Positions 9,532 through 17,906 of a stretch of 64,000 bases of DNA are shown here, piece after piece; the stretch's first letter is position 1, and every line of letters begins with the position of its first letter. Both the position numbers and the translations under genes were made by a program. The notes under the pieces were generated by a model that worked only from the letters and a program-made list of their open reading frames with translations, did not search any database and was not told the origin of the DNA. Origin of the DNA: Candidatus Falkowbacteria bacterium HGW-Falkowbacteria-1 (GTDB taxonomy: Bacteria; Patescibacteriota; Patescibacteriia; Patescibacteriales; UBA12465). The stretch spans positions 74,707 through 138,706 of the forward strand of contig PHAI01000002.1 in assembly GCA_002840305.1 (NCBI GenBank). The letters run 5' to 3'.

Positions 9532-11106
9532 TTAATTAATTATTTGACCACCAAATGTTTTTAGTAAATTATCCACGGTTTCATTCGAATTAGAAGTGCT
9601 ATTTATCTTTAAATCTTCATTAACTAACGTTTCTATATCTAAATCATTGTTATAGACATCTTTCAATATTTTTTTTACTATATTTTTTATTTCTGGATTA
9701 TCCAATCGATCTTTGTGCAGTTTATATCTAAAAGATAAGCATATTTTATTCCCACTTACCGAATTTATCTGGCAAGACTGCATCACGAAAGACAAGGAGT
9801 GGTTATGTGGCTTGAGCTTCATTAAAAATTCAGGCCAAAGATCTACGATTTTTTCCAGACTCAGAACCTCATTTTTTAATTCTTCGTTTTTGCTTTTTAT
9901 TGATTCTTTAAAATCATCTACTTTTTTAATCTCACTAGGATTTTTTAAATTTTCTAGAATTTTCTGATCTTTTTTTAACAAAACCTCTTCTTTGATAAAG
10001 TTTTGTTTACTGTTTGATTGACAAAACTTTATTATAGTAAATTCAACTGGCATTTGTGGTATAAAAGAGCTACCTATCTCTTTTATATCAAGCATTAAGC
10101 TCTGACTAAGCTCCATTAATTCGTTTATAGTAAAAATGGAGCTCAATTCGCTTATTTTTATTTCCATTTTTTCATTTAAATCTAAGCCTAAATTACTAGT
10201 TAAGGAAATACTAACTTTGCTTAATATTATTTTTCTTAATAATTCGATCAAATCGTTTACAAATAATTTCAAGTTTACACCGCTTGTAAGTAGATCATTT
10301 ACTAATTTTATAGCCTCCATGGCGTCCTTCCTCGATAAATGCTTCAGTAAATTTATATTTTCTTCTATATTATTATAAGGAATAACTAAATTGGCCGTAT
10401 CTATATCTATTTTTTTATCAGAAATTGACATTATTTGACTGAGTAAGCTCTCAGCATCCCTTAGATGACCATCAGATTTTAAAGAAATAAGCTCTAAAAC
10501 TTCTCTGTCTACCTCTATTTTTTCACTTTTAACTATGGTTTCTAATTTTAAAACCATATCGTTAACGCTTATTTTTTTGAAATCAAACCTTTCGCAACGA
10601 GAAATTATTGTAAGAGGAACTTTGTAAGCCTCGGTTGTGCACAGAATAAACATGACATTAGTTGGTGGTTCCTCTAATGTTTTTAGTAGTGCATTAAAAG
10701 CCGATAGTGACAACATATGCACCTCGTCTATTATAAAAACCTTGTATTTATTATTGGTTGATATTACTCGGCTTAAAGATATAATATTCTCCCTAACATT
10801 ATCAACGCCAGTATTACTGGCAGCGTCAATTTCTATAACGTCAAGATTGCTAAAACTATTTATACTAATACAAGCTTCACATTTATTACAAGGCTCGAAT
10901 TCGTTTTCTTTTCTATTTTTACAATTTATTGTCTTCGCCAAAATCCTGGCCAAGGTAGTTTTACCCACAGCCCTTGGCCCACAGAACAAATAAGCATGAG
11001 AAGTTTTATTGTGCAAAACTTCATTTTGCAGAGTTATTCTTATATTATTTTGCCCAAAGATTTCAGAAAATTTTTGGGGGCGATATTTCTGATATAAAAC
11101 GGCCAT
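9532..11106 (-). CDS. dnaX: DNA polymerase III subunit gamma/tau
   Basis: The N-terminus reads YRPQKFSEIFGQ. Walker A is GPRAVGKTT, the zinc module is CNKCEAC, the DExx box is IIDEVHML, and SRC is present. Confidence 0.92.
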   Translation of the reverse strand: MAVLYQKYRPQKFSEIFGQNNIRITLQNEVLHNKTSHAYLFCGPRAVGKTTLARILAKTINCKNRKENEFEPCNKCEACISINSFSNLDVIEIDAASNTGVDNVRENIISLSRVISTNNKYKVFIIDEVHMLSLSAFNALLKTLEEPPTNVMFILCTTEAYKVPLTIISRCERFDFKKISVNDMVLKLETIVKSEKIEVDREVLELISLKSDGHLRDAESLLSQIMSISDKKIDIDTANLVIPYNNIEENINLLKHLSRKDAMEAIKLVNDLLTSGVNLKLFVNDLIELLRKIILSKVSISLTSNLGLDLNEKMEIKISELSSIFTINELMELSQSLMLDIKEIGSSFIPQMPVEFTIIKFCQSNSKQNFIKEEVLLKKDQKILENLKNPSEIKKVDDFKESIKSKNEELKNEVLSLEKIVDLWPEFLMKLKPHNHSLSFVMQSCQINSVSGNKICLSFRYKLHKDRLDNPEIKNIVKKILKDVYNNDLDIETLVNEDLKINSTSNSNETVDNLLKTFGGQIIN

Positions 11107-11111
11107 AAATT

Positions 11112-12260
11112 TTATCTAGTTGCGCCGGAATAAGTTATAGCTTGCATAATATTCCAATCTTCGGTTGTCCCTGGTACTTCACCGAAAATATTTTTAAAAA
11201 TTTCTATTCCCTTCTTTTCGCTATTCAAGTTTCTGTTTTCGGCTCTTTGTCTTAATCCATAAGCCATAATTTTAACAGCTGACATGTCTTTTTCGTTATC
11301 CTCATTAACTTCCCTCTTGTAAATCTGCATAAACATCTCTCTAGCCCTTAATTCAGCTTCTTGATTATAATTTTCTGGCCATCGACCGCTAGCAATTTTT
11401 ATAACATCAGTCAACTCTTGTTCGTTTTCTGGTAGTTTGCCAAAAGCCTCTTTAAAGGAATAGATAACGGCAGCCCTTTCACCTTCTCCCAATTTTTTAG
11501 TATTATCATCAACTCCGTAACTAACGAAGCTGTTTATTGAATTTCTAGCTTCTTCGCTAATTATTTTCATTTCACCCATTAAAGTTTTTAAATATGTTAA
11601 CTCTGCTTGCTGCTCTTTTATTATATTTCTTAATTCTTTAAGTTCGTTTAAAATTTCTTGTAAATCGTTATTTACCAACAAGTCAGCCTTCTCTTTTATC
11701 CCCTCTATCATATCATCTTTTACCGATGTTGACTTACATTCACCTTCATAAGCAACTTCCTGCTTATATTGTTTCTCGGCAGCGCATTTATTAGAATAAG
11801 TTTTCCCATTCTTAGCACAAACTGGAGCATATTCTAGAGTACAAGCGACAGGCTTCGTCTCTTCTGTGTTTTTTCCGAGAGTCACTTTTATTTGGTTGCT
11901 ATAGGTATAACATTTACCATTTAAATATTCACAAACTCTAACGTAATAAATACCATCGCCATCAAAAGCCTCTAATGTGTCAGAATTTTTGTTCGCGTCA
12001 GTAAAATAATGATATTTGTCTTTTGCCCTTAGTGGATAAGTTGGGCTTTCATTTTTTGACCAAACTACTTTAAAACCATCTTTGGAATAACCGTCAGTAG
12101 ACCACACTATTCTTGTCCCATCAGCTTTTAAAGCAATAGATGAAACCTTGCTGGTTTCGCTTTCTTGGTCAGTACCATAGATAGCGTTGGCCGATTTCAG
12201 ATTAAAAACAACAAAAACAATAAAGAATGCTAGCATTACTAAAAAGATTTTTTTGTTCAT
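11112..12260 (-). CDS. Secreted multidomain protein with a Kazal-like domain
   Basis: Signal peptide MNKKIFLVMLAFFIVFVVFNLKSANA is present. The segment CTLEYAPVCAKNGKTYSNKCAAEKQYKQEVAYEGEC matches the Kazal core (PVC-x-x-x-G-x-TY-x-N-x-C ... EGEC). A beta-rich N-domain and a helical C-terminal half flank it. Confidence 0.7.
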   Translation of the reverse strand: MNKKIFLVMLAFFIVFVVFNLKSANAIYGTDQESETSKVSSIALKADGTRIVWSTDGYSKDGFKVVWSKNESPTYPLRAKDKYHYFTDANKNSDTLEAFDGDGIYYVRVCEYLNGKCYTYSNQIKVTLGKNTEETKPVACTLEYAPVCAKNGKTYSNKCAAEKQYKQEVAYEGECKSTSVKDDMIEGIKEKADLLVNNDLQEILNELKELRNIIKEQQAELTYLKTLMGEMKIISEEARNSINSFVSYGVDDNTKKLGEGERAAVIYSFKEAFGKLPENEQELTDVIKIASGRWPENYNQEAELRAREMFMQIYKREVNEDNEKDMSAVKIMAYGLRQRAENRNLNSEKKGIEIFKNIFGEVPGTTEDWNIMQAITYSGATR

Positions 12261-12489
12261 AAAATTGGTTTTTTTACTTTTATTTTTTTTAAAACATAAA
12301 AGTAAAAAATTAAATTAAGTTAATTATTTAAGTTAATTAATATAGATTGATTATAACAATTTTGATTAAATAAATCAATTTTATCAAATATTTAAAAAAT
12401 TAGTATTTATTTTAAACTATGTTATAATATGATTTGTAATATAATGAAAAATTTAGTAAATTATTACTATACAATTAAGCTTATTTTAT

Positions 12490-13620
12490 ATGATAAAAAA
12501 TATTTTAAAAGGAATGCTTGTTATTACTGTTCTATTTTCCGGTTTATTCTTTTCGTTAAACAGGGCTAGGGCCGAAGATATAAAAGAGGATAAATCAATA
12601 GAAATATTGTTTTTTGGTAGTCCAACTTGTCCTCATTGCTTAGCAGAAAAACAATTTTTAAAGGAATTAAAAGAAAAACACCCAGAAATTATTTTAAAAG
12701 AATATGAATTTTCTAAGAATATTGACTTAGCTAATAAATTATATGAAAGTCATAAGGTTCCAAAAAATCAACAAGGACTAGTCCCTGCTACTTTTATAGA
12801 TGATGTATTTTTTGTCGGCTTTAGCGAGTCCACTGGAAATGATATAGAAAACCATATCAAAGGTCTTGAAATTAAAAAATCGTCTGAGATAAAAATTCCT
12901 TTCTTTGGAAAAGTAGATATGTACAAACTGTCATTACCGGTTTTGTCCATCGTTTTGGGAATAGTTGACGGATTTAATGTTTGTTCTTTGGGAGCTTTGG
13001 TTATTATTCTAGGACTGGTGCTTGTTTTAAGGTCAAGAAAAAAAATATTGCTTTTAGGAGGAACATTCTTGCTAGTAACCGGATTGACCTATGGCCTTTT
13101 GATATTTATGTGGCACCAACTTTTTTCTTTCATTTCGCCCTATATAAAAAGCATGGAATTATTAATAGGAGTCCTATCTATGGTTGGGGGCATATATTTA
13201 TTGAGAGAATTTATAAAGTCACTCAAACAAGGTGCTAGTTGTGACTCTGGTGGTATAGTTTCCAAGCTTAGCCCAAAAGTTGAAAAAATATTTTCTAATA
13301 AAAAAAGTTTGGCGGTATTAATTGGTGTTGTTTTTTTATTTTCTGCTATCATAACCATAGTCGAATTTCCATGTTCGGCCTTGTTACCAGTTTTGTTTGC
13401 AAGTATTTTATTTGAATCTAACCTATCTCTATCTAGCACCTTGTTTTATATGGCAATATTTTTACTTTTTTACATGCTGGATGAATTGATCGTTTTTTTA
13501 ATTGCCTTCTTTACTATGAAAATAAAAATAATTTCACCCAAATTTATAAATACCTTTAATTTGATAGCTGCCTTAATATTTTTATTTTTGGGATCATATT
13601 ATTTATATAGATTGTTTTAA
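12490..13620 (+). CDS. Thioredoxin-fold (CPHC) domain fused to a CcdA/DsbD-like membrane thiol-disulfide transporter
   Basis: A signal/TM segment is followed by FFGSPTCPHCLAEKQFL. A multi-TM region then carries two membrane Cys motifs (DGFNVCSLGAL and EFPCSALLPVL). Confidence 0.7.
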   Translation: MIKNILKGMLVITVLFSGLFFSLNRARAEDIKEDKSIEILFFGSPTCPHCLAEKQFLKELKEKHPEIILKEYEFSKNIDLANKLYESHKVPKNQQGLVPATFIDDVFFVGFSESTGNDIENHIKGLEIKKSSEIKIPFFGKVDMYKLSLPVLSIVLGIVDGFNVCSLGALVIILGLVLVLRSRKKILLLGGTFLLVTGLTYGLLIFMWHQLFSFISPYIKSMELLIGVLSMVGGIYLLREFIKSLKQGASCDSGGIVSKLSPKVEKIFSNKKSLAVLIGVVFLFSAIITIVEFPCSALLPVLFASILFESNLSLSSTLFYMAIFLLFYMLDELIVFLIAFFTMKIKIISPKFINTFNLIAALIFLFLGSYYLYRLF

Positions 13621-13646
13621 ACTGTTTTAAATTGTATACAAAAAAA

Positions 13647-13673
13647 AGAACGCTGATTTTTCGTCAGCGTTCT
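13647..13673. terminator. Bidirectional intrinsic terminator between convergent genes
   Basis: A perfect 10-bp stem, AGAACGCTGA (13647..13656) / TCAGCGTTCT (13664..13673), encloses a 7-nt loop. An A-run lies upstream and a T-run downstream. Confidence 0.85.
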
Positions 13674-13694
13674 TTTTTTTGTATTTGAGTTTTT

Positions 13695-14438
13695 TTATTT
13701 TTTCTTTTTAGCCTTTTTCAAAACCTTTGTTTTTGGAGTGACTAATTTTTTAAGTTTTTTAACTTCTTTTTTTTCTTTACCCATAGCAACCTTAACTTCT
13801 GTTAGTTTAATTTCTTTTTTAATTTCATTTTTGTTTTCTTTCCTGGGGTCCTCCTTCTTTGTTTCTTCTTTTTTTGAAGTTAATTTTATTGTATGATTTG
13901 GAGCTAAAATGCTTAAAATTTTATCCAATTTTGCATTTAATGCTTCAAACTGTTTGCCAGAAGAATCATTGTTTCCTCCTCCTCTTTTATTAGACCCATC
14001 TCCTTTGCCAAAACATTCATTACAATAAACTGGCTTGTCGGGTGATGGTTCAAAAGGAACTTCACAATCCTTGCCGCATTTATCACAAACAACTTTGAAT
14101 AATTTTCTATCACCGCCACCAAACATTGGCTTGGAAAATTCTCTGTCATTAGATCTTCTTGGAGCTGAGTTTTCTTTACCAGAAAAACAATTACTGCAAT
14201 AAACTGGTTTGTCGCCAGTAGGTTTAAATGGTACTTCACAGCTCTGTCCGCATTCAGCACAAACAGCTCTATGCATTTCTGGTCTGCCACCAGAACTTCT
14301 ACCACCTCCACCAAAACTTCTACCACCTCCACCAAAACTTCTACCACCTCCACCAAAACTTCTACCACCAGAATCTCTCCTACTGAAACCCCCACCCCTT
14401 CTGTCGCCAGAACCACCATCTCGATTAAAATTTTTCAT
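13695..14438 (-). CDS. RGG-box protein with two CxxC-x17-CxxC zinc ribbons and a lysine-rich tail
   Basis: The sequence contains GGGGRSFGGGGRSFGGGGRSFGGGGRS. It then has CAECGQSCEVPFKPTGDKPVYCSNCF and CDKCGKDCEVPFEPSPDKPVYCNECF, each with exactly 17 residues between the CxxC pairs. The C-terminus is rich in K and E. Confidence 0.8.
   Translation of the reverse strand: MKNFNRDGGSGDRRGGGFSRRDSGGRSFGGGGRSFGGGGRSFGGGGRSSGGRPEMHRAVCAECGQSCEVPFKPTGDKPVYCSNCFSGKENSAPRRSNDREFSKPMFGGGDRKLFKVVCDKCGKDCEVPFEPSPDKPVYCNECFGKGDGSNKRGGGNNDSSGKQFEALNAKLDKILSILAPNHTIKLTSKKEETKKEDPRKENKNEIKKEIKLTEVKVAMGKEKKEVKKLKKLVTPKTKVLKKAKKKK
14295..14370 (-). repeat. Perfect 21-bp tandem repeat (3 full copies plus a partial) encoding FGGGGRS units
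   Basis: The plus-strand unit acttctaccacctccaccaaa occurs at 14295, 14316 and 14337. A partial fourth copy follows. Confidence 0.9.
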
Positions 14439-14513
14439 AAAATTTATAATACTAATTTTTTATTTATTTTAATTAATTAACTATTTGTTTTTCATTACTG
14501 TTCCCCTAAAGCA

Positions 14514-14544
14514 ATATCCCGCCAAATTTACTGAGGCGGGATAT
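14514..14544 (-). terminator. Hairpin downstream of csp (probable terminator)
   Basis: A 10-bp stem ATATCCCGCC / GGCGGGATAT encloses an 11-nt loop. The U-tract on the minus strand is weak (TTGCTTT), and the T-run is better on the plus strand. Confidence 0.5.
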
Positions 14545-14557
14545 TGTTTTTGAGTTT

Positions 14558-14755
14558 TTAAACGCGTTGAACATTCACTGCGTTCATTCCTTTTGGAGAC
14601 ATCTCAGTTTCGAAAGAAACTGTGTCGCCTTGGCGCAATTCATTGAATTGAACATCAACCAAAGAATTGCTATGGAAGAAAAGATCTTTCTCTTGACCCT
14701 CCACGATAATAAAACCAAAACCTTTTTCGTTTAAAGCTTTAATAGTACCAGTCAT
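14558..14755 (-). CDS. Cold-shock protein (CspA family)
   Basis: The 65-aa protein has GTIKALNEKGFGFI (RNP1-like KGFGFI) and DLFFH (RNP2-like). Confidence 0.92.
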   Translation of the reverse strand: MTGTIKALNEKGFGFIIVEGQEKDLFFHSNSLVDVQFNELRQGDTVSFETEMSPKGMNAVNVQRV

Positions 14756-14845
14756 AATTTTAAGACTTAATTTGTAAAGTTTGCAATTTAATAAAGAGTT
14801 TAAAAATCGACTACTTTTTTTGAGACACGATATTCTTGCTTAAAG

Positions 14846-14874
14846 ACTATAACATATAAAAATAAATGAGTCAA
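14846..14874 (-). promoter_or_regulatory. Sigma70-type promoter of csp with a long leader
   Basis: The minus strand reads TTGACT-17 nt-TATAGT. It leaves about 85-90 nt of 5' UTR before the ATG at 14755, as is typical for csp genes. Confidence 0.6.
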
Positions 14875-14928
14875 ATCTTTTAAAAGACCTAATTTCAAAA
14901 GGCCAAACAAGCCATGAAATAAATAATT

Positions 14929-15501
14929 TTATTGCATAAGCTCTTCCAACAGACTTGGAATACCAATATTGCTCTTAGTCGAACATAGGATTATTTTACA
15001 TTCACCAATTGAATCTTTTATTTTTTTAATCTGTTTATCTTTCTCTGAGCTTTTTACTTTGTCTATTTTATTAACAACAATTACGATATTTTTATTATGT
15101 TCTCTGAACGCTTGAAGAATTTCAAGATCATCTTTTGTGGGTCCCACCTTAGCATCAATAATTAAAAAAATCTTTTTTTGCTCATATCCGGATAGAAATA
15201 AATACCAATTAATTAATTTTTCTATTTCTATTCTCATGTCTTTCGGAAGCTTGGCATAGCCATATCCAGGTAAATCAATTAAATAGAAAGAATCATTTAT
15301 TAAAAATAAATTTATCTCTCTGGTTCTACCGGGCAAGGAACTAATCTTGGCCAATTTATTTTGGCCAGTTAAAGAGTTGATAATACTGGATTTACCAACG
15401 TTAGATCGCCCAATAAAGGCAATCTGCGGTCTCATATCGTTGAATATACTATCTGGACCAACGGCGCCCTTTACAAACTGAGCTGATTTTATTTTTGTCA
15501 T
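14929..15501 (-). CDS. engB: Ribosome biogenesis GTPase EngB/YsxC
   Basis: The G1 motif is GRSNVGKSSIINSL, G3 is DLPGYG and G4 is NKIDK. Confidence 0.9.
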   Translation of the reverse strand: MTKIKSAQFVKGAVGPDSIFNDMRPQIAFIGRSNVGKSSIINSLTGQNKLAKISSLPGRTREINLFLINDSFYLIDLPGYGYAKLPKDMRIEIEKLINWYLFLSGYEQKKIFLIIDAKVGPTKDDLEILQAFREHNKNIVIVVNKIDKVKSSEKDKQIKKIKDSIGECKIILCSTKSNIGIPSLLEELMQ

Positions 15502-15546
15502 AATTAATTATTACATCAAGAACTTATTCTTTTATTTATTTAAACT

Positions 15547-15666
15547 TTAGTTATCTCTATTTTCAAAATTTTCTTTTTTCTTTTCCTTTATTCTTTGAAA
15601 AATTAAATAAATAATAATAACAACGGAAACGATTAAAATTACCCAAGCTATTAAGTCTTCCAACAT
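15547..15666 (-). CDS. Small single-TM protein (39 aa), hypothetical
   Basis: Hand-translated as MLEDLIAWVILIVSVVIIIYLIFQRIKEKKKENFENRDN*. It fills the gap between ybjQ and engB. There is no homology evidence. Confidence 0.3.
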   Translation of the reverse strand: MLEDLIAWVILIVSVVIIIYLIFQRIKEKKKENFENRDN

Positions 15667-15678
15667 ATGTTTGTGTTA

Positions 15679-15993
15679 TTAATCAAGTTTTACTGCTGTG
15701 CCATAGATTAATATCTCGCAAGCGCCTTGCATAATCATTGATGTCTGCATTCTCATATTTATCACAGCGTCAGCACCCATTCTGCGAGCATCGTCTTGCA
15801 TGCGTTGCATTGCTTGTTCGCGTGCATCTGCCTGTAGCTTTGTATACTCACTGATTTCACCCCCAATAAGGTTCTTAAAACCAGCTAAAATATCGCGACC
15901 AACATTACGGGCTCTTACCGTACTGCCACGTGAAATGCCTAAAATTTCGCTTATTTGTTTTTTTGGGATCTGATCCCCTGTTGTAATAACCAT
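15679..15993 (-). CDS. ybjQ: YbjQ/UPF0145 family protein
   Basis: GISRGSTVRARNVGRDILAGFKNLIGGE...ADAVINMRMQTS is the characteristic YbjQ_1 pattern. The gene is visibly GC-richer than its neighbours. Confidence 0.8.
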   Translation of the reverse strand: MVITTGDQIPKKQISEILGISRGSTVRARNVGRDILAGFKNLIGGEISEYTKLQADAREQAMQRMQDDARRMGADAVINMRMQTSMIMQGACEILIYGTAVKLD

Positions 15994-16080
15994 AAATTTT
16001 ATTAAAATTAATTATCCATGACTTTATTTTATCACAAAACAGATAAAATTAAAATGGTAAGTCAAAAAAAATCTTAAAAA

Positions 16081-16109
16081 TTGCAAAAAGGTTAAAAAAT
16101 AAGTATAAT
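16081..16109 (+). promoter_or_regulatory. Sigma70-type promoter
   Basis: TTGCAA-17 nt-TATAAT lies about 45 nt upstream of the ATG at 16155. Confidence 0.6.
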
Positions 16110-16154
16110 AATATTATCAATTTAGATAAAAATTATGATTAATTATCAACAAAT

Positions 16155-16673
16155 ATGCAAAATATCAAAACATTAGTTATTGACAACAAAAAGACTGTTG
16201 CCTTGTTTCAATTTGCCCTTTTATTGGGTCTAGTTTCAATTGCACCATTATTTGGCAAACAGTTAATCACCGGAACTATTGTAAACGCAATACTTTTTAC
16301 CGCTACCATTCTTTTGGGTCTTAGGGCTGGAATTCTTATTGGAATCATCCCTAGTCTAATAGCGCTGGCGACTGGTACGCTACCCTTGGTTTTTGCCCCA
16401 GCAGTACCCTTTATTATTTTTGGTAATATTTTGTTGGTTACGTCTTTTTATCTTTTGAAAAATAAAAATTACTGGCTCGGATCAGTTTCGGCTAGTTTCA
16501 TAAAATTTGTTTTTCTTTACGGAACAAGTTCTCTGTTATTTAATTTAATACTAAAGGAGCAAATTGCTTATAAACTGTCAGCTACTATGGGATGGGTTCA
16601 ACTTGTAACGGCTCTTAGCGGTGGTATTTTGTCGTTTTTTGTTTTTAAATTATTAAATAATAATAAAGACTAA
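16155..16673 (+). CDS. Polytopic membrane protein, possibly an ECF-type S-component-like protein
   Basis: It has five or six TM segments. The motif QLITGTIVNAILF resembles substrate-capture components, but this is a weak call by eye. Confidence 0.5.
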   Translation: MQNIKTLVIDNKKTVALFQFALLLGLVSIAPLFGKQLITGTIVNAILFTATILLGLRAGILIGIIPSLIALATGTLPLVFAPAVPFIIFGNILLVTSFYLLKNKNYWLGSVSASFIKFVFLYGTSSLLFNLILKEQIAYKLSATMGWVQLVTALSGGILSFFVFKLLNNNKD

Positions 16674-16678
16674 TTATT

Positions 16679-17083
16679 TTATAATGGCCAAAAATATGGC
16701 AAATCATCTCCTTCTTTCCATCCAAACCTTGAATAATAATCATAGTCTTTTCTTAACAAATTAGATCGATGGGCAGAATGAAAACTCTTGTTTCCAACCC
16801 ACCAAGGATAAACGACCCTTCCCCTAACTTTTTCTCGGGACATATTATTTCTATATCCCCTTCTTTCCCATTCGTCTATACAAGTATTAAAATATATCTT
16901 TAAAGCATTGGGATAACGACTCCACATCAAAACGGCCGGATGATTTCTCCATCCCATAGATTGAGTTCTGTTTAATATTATATTAAGTATTTGGCGAGCT
17001 TCAACCCTCTGCTTCCCCAATCTTCTATAATCCAAAGATTGAACAGATTTTTTAAAGCTTTTATAGGGCAAAAATGTTTGCAT
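16679..17083 (-). CDS. Pyrimidine-dimer DNA glycosylase-like protein (MQTFLPY... family)
   Basis: MQTFLPYKSFKKSVQSLDYRRLGKQRVEARQIL...WRNHPAVLMW matches, from memory, the bacterial family grouped with Pyr_excise/endonuclease V-like proteins. This needs an HMM check. Confidence 0.55.
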   Translation of the reverse strand: MQTFLPYKSFKKSVQSLDYRRLGKQRVEARQILNIILNRTQSMGWRNHPAVLMWSRYPNALKIYFNTCIDEWERRGYRNNMSREKVRGRVVYPWWVGNKSFHSAHRSNLLRKDYDYYSRFGWKEGDDLPYFWPL

Positions 17084-17138
17084 AATTTTTTATTACTAAA
17101 ACATTATTTGAATTATGCAATGGCCAGCTATTTCTTCT

Positions 17139-17906
17139 CTATTTTTTAGGTAGTGTTGGAAAAAAAGAGCTGGTTCTTCTTTTATAATCAGCAAATTCTT
17201 GATGTTGAGACATCTTTTTTTCTAACATTGGAATGCCAGAAACTTTGAGAATTAAAATTGTTATGGTAAGTGGTCCAATAATGCCAAACAGATAATTTGG
17301 CACGTTAATTACAATTAGCCATAAACCCCACCACTGAGCAACTTCACCAAAATAATTAGGATGTCTAGTATATTGCCATAAACCACTCTGCATAAGTTTA
17401 CCTTTATTAATAGGGTTTCTGATAAAACTAGATAACTGAGCATCGCCAACTGACTCAAAGAAAAAACCAATCATCCAAATCAATACACCCAGTATATTAA
17501 TAAAATTAAGTGCTGGTCCAATGCTTTTGTTTGTAAATAATATGGGCAATATGATTAAGTATAAAAGAACCCCCTGAAGTATATAGACTTGCAAATAAGA
17601 ACGAAGATAAAACCAAGTCCCCCATTCTTTCCTCCAAGCTAGATAGCGATAATCCTCGGGCTTTTCTTTGTTTCGATTATTAATATGCCAAGCTAGACGA
17701 AACCCCCAAATGCTCACTAAAAAATTAACCAATAAACTTCGCAAACTAAAATTTCCGGAAATTAAAAATGATGCCCAGGCAATAATAACAAAACCCAAGC
17801 CCCAGGCAATATCGACTACGTCATTTCTTTTTTTAAATAAAGAAATAACAAACCAAATACTCATGTAAGCCAGCAAAATAAACGCTAAGGCTATATAGTA
17901 ATTCAT
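17139..17906 (-). CDS. DUF1295 family membrane protein (steroid-reductase/ICMT-like fold)
   Basis: Signature GLWQYTRHPNYFGEVAQWWGLW is present in a multi-TM protein. The start overlaps the upstream stop (ATGA at 17903..17906). Confidence 0.8.
   Translation of the reverse strand: MNYYIALAFILLAYMSIWFVISLFKKRNDVVDIAWGLGFVIIAWASFLISGNFSLRSLLVNFLVSIWGFRLAWHINNRNKEKPEDYRYLAWRKEWGTWFYLRSYLQVYILQGVLLYLIILPILFTNKSIGPALNFINILGVLIWMIGFFFESVGDAQLSSFIRNPINKGKLMQSGLWQYTRHPNYFGEVAQWWGLWLIVINVPNYLFGIIGPLTITILILKVSGIPMLEKKMSQHQEFADYKRRTSSFFPTLPKK

Noticed and set aside
9970-9976. dnaX programmed frameshift or transcriptional slippage site (A7 run; a -1 shift would terminate about 12 codons later, at roughly 72 percent of the length)
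   Set aside because: A-runs of this length occur repeatedly in this AT-rich gene, for example near 10411. No convincing downstream stem-loop is visible. The sequence alone does not support the idea.
14295-14370. Possible CRISPR-like or minisatellite array
   Set aside because: The units are 21 bp, directly abutting with no spacers, and lie in frame inside a CDS encoding FGGGGRS. No cas genes are present in the window.
13937-14480. Three alternative-frame or opposite-strand ORFs (13937..14419 on the minus strand; 14209..14472 and 14271..14480 on the plus strand) with repetitive VEVLVEV / PPPPKLL / TSTTSTK products
   Set aside because: They are by-products of the GC-rich Gly/Arg codon repeats of the zinc-ribbon gene. 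The frame with the CxxC-x17-CxxC motifs and the lysine tail is the coherent one.
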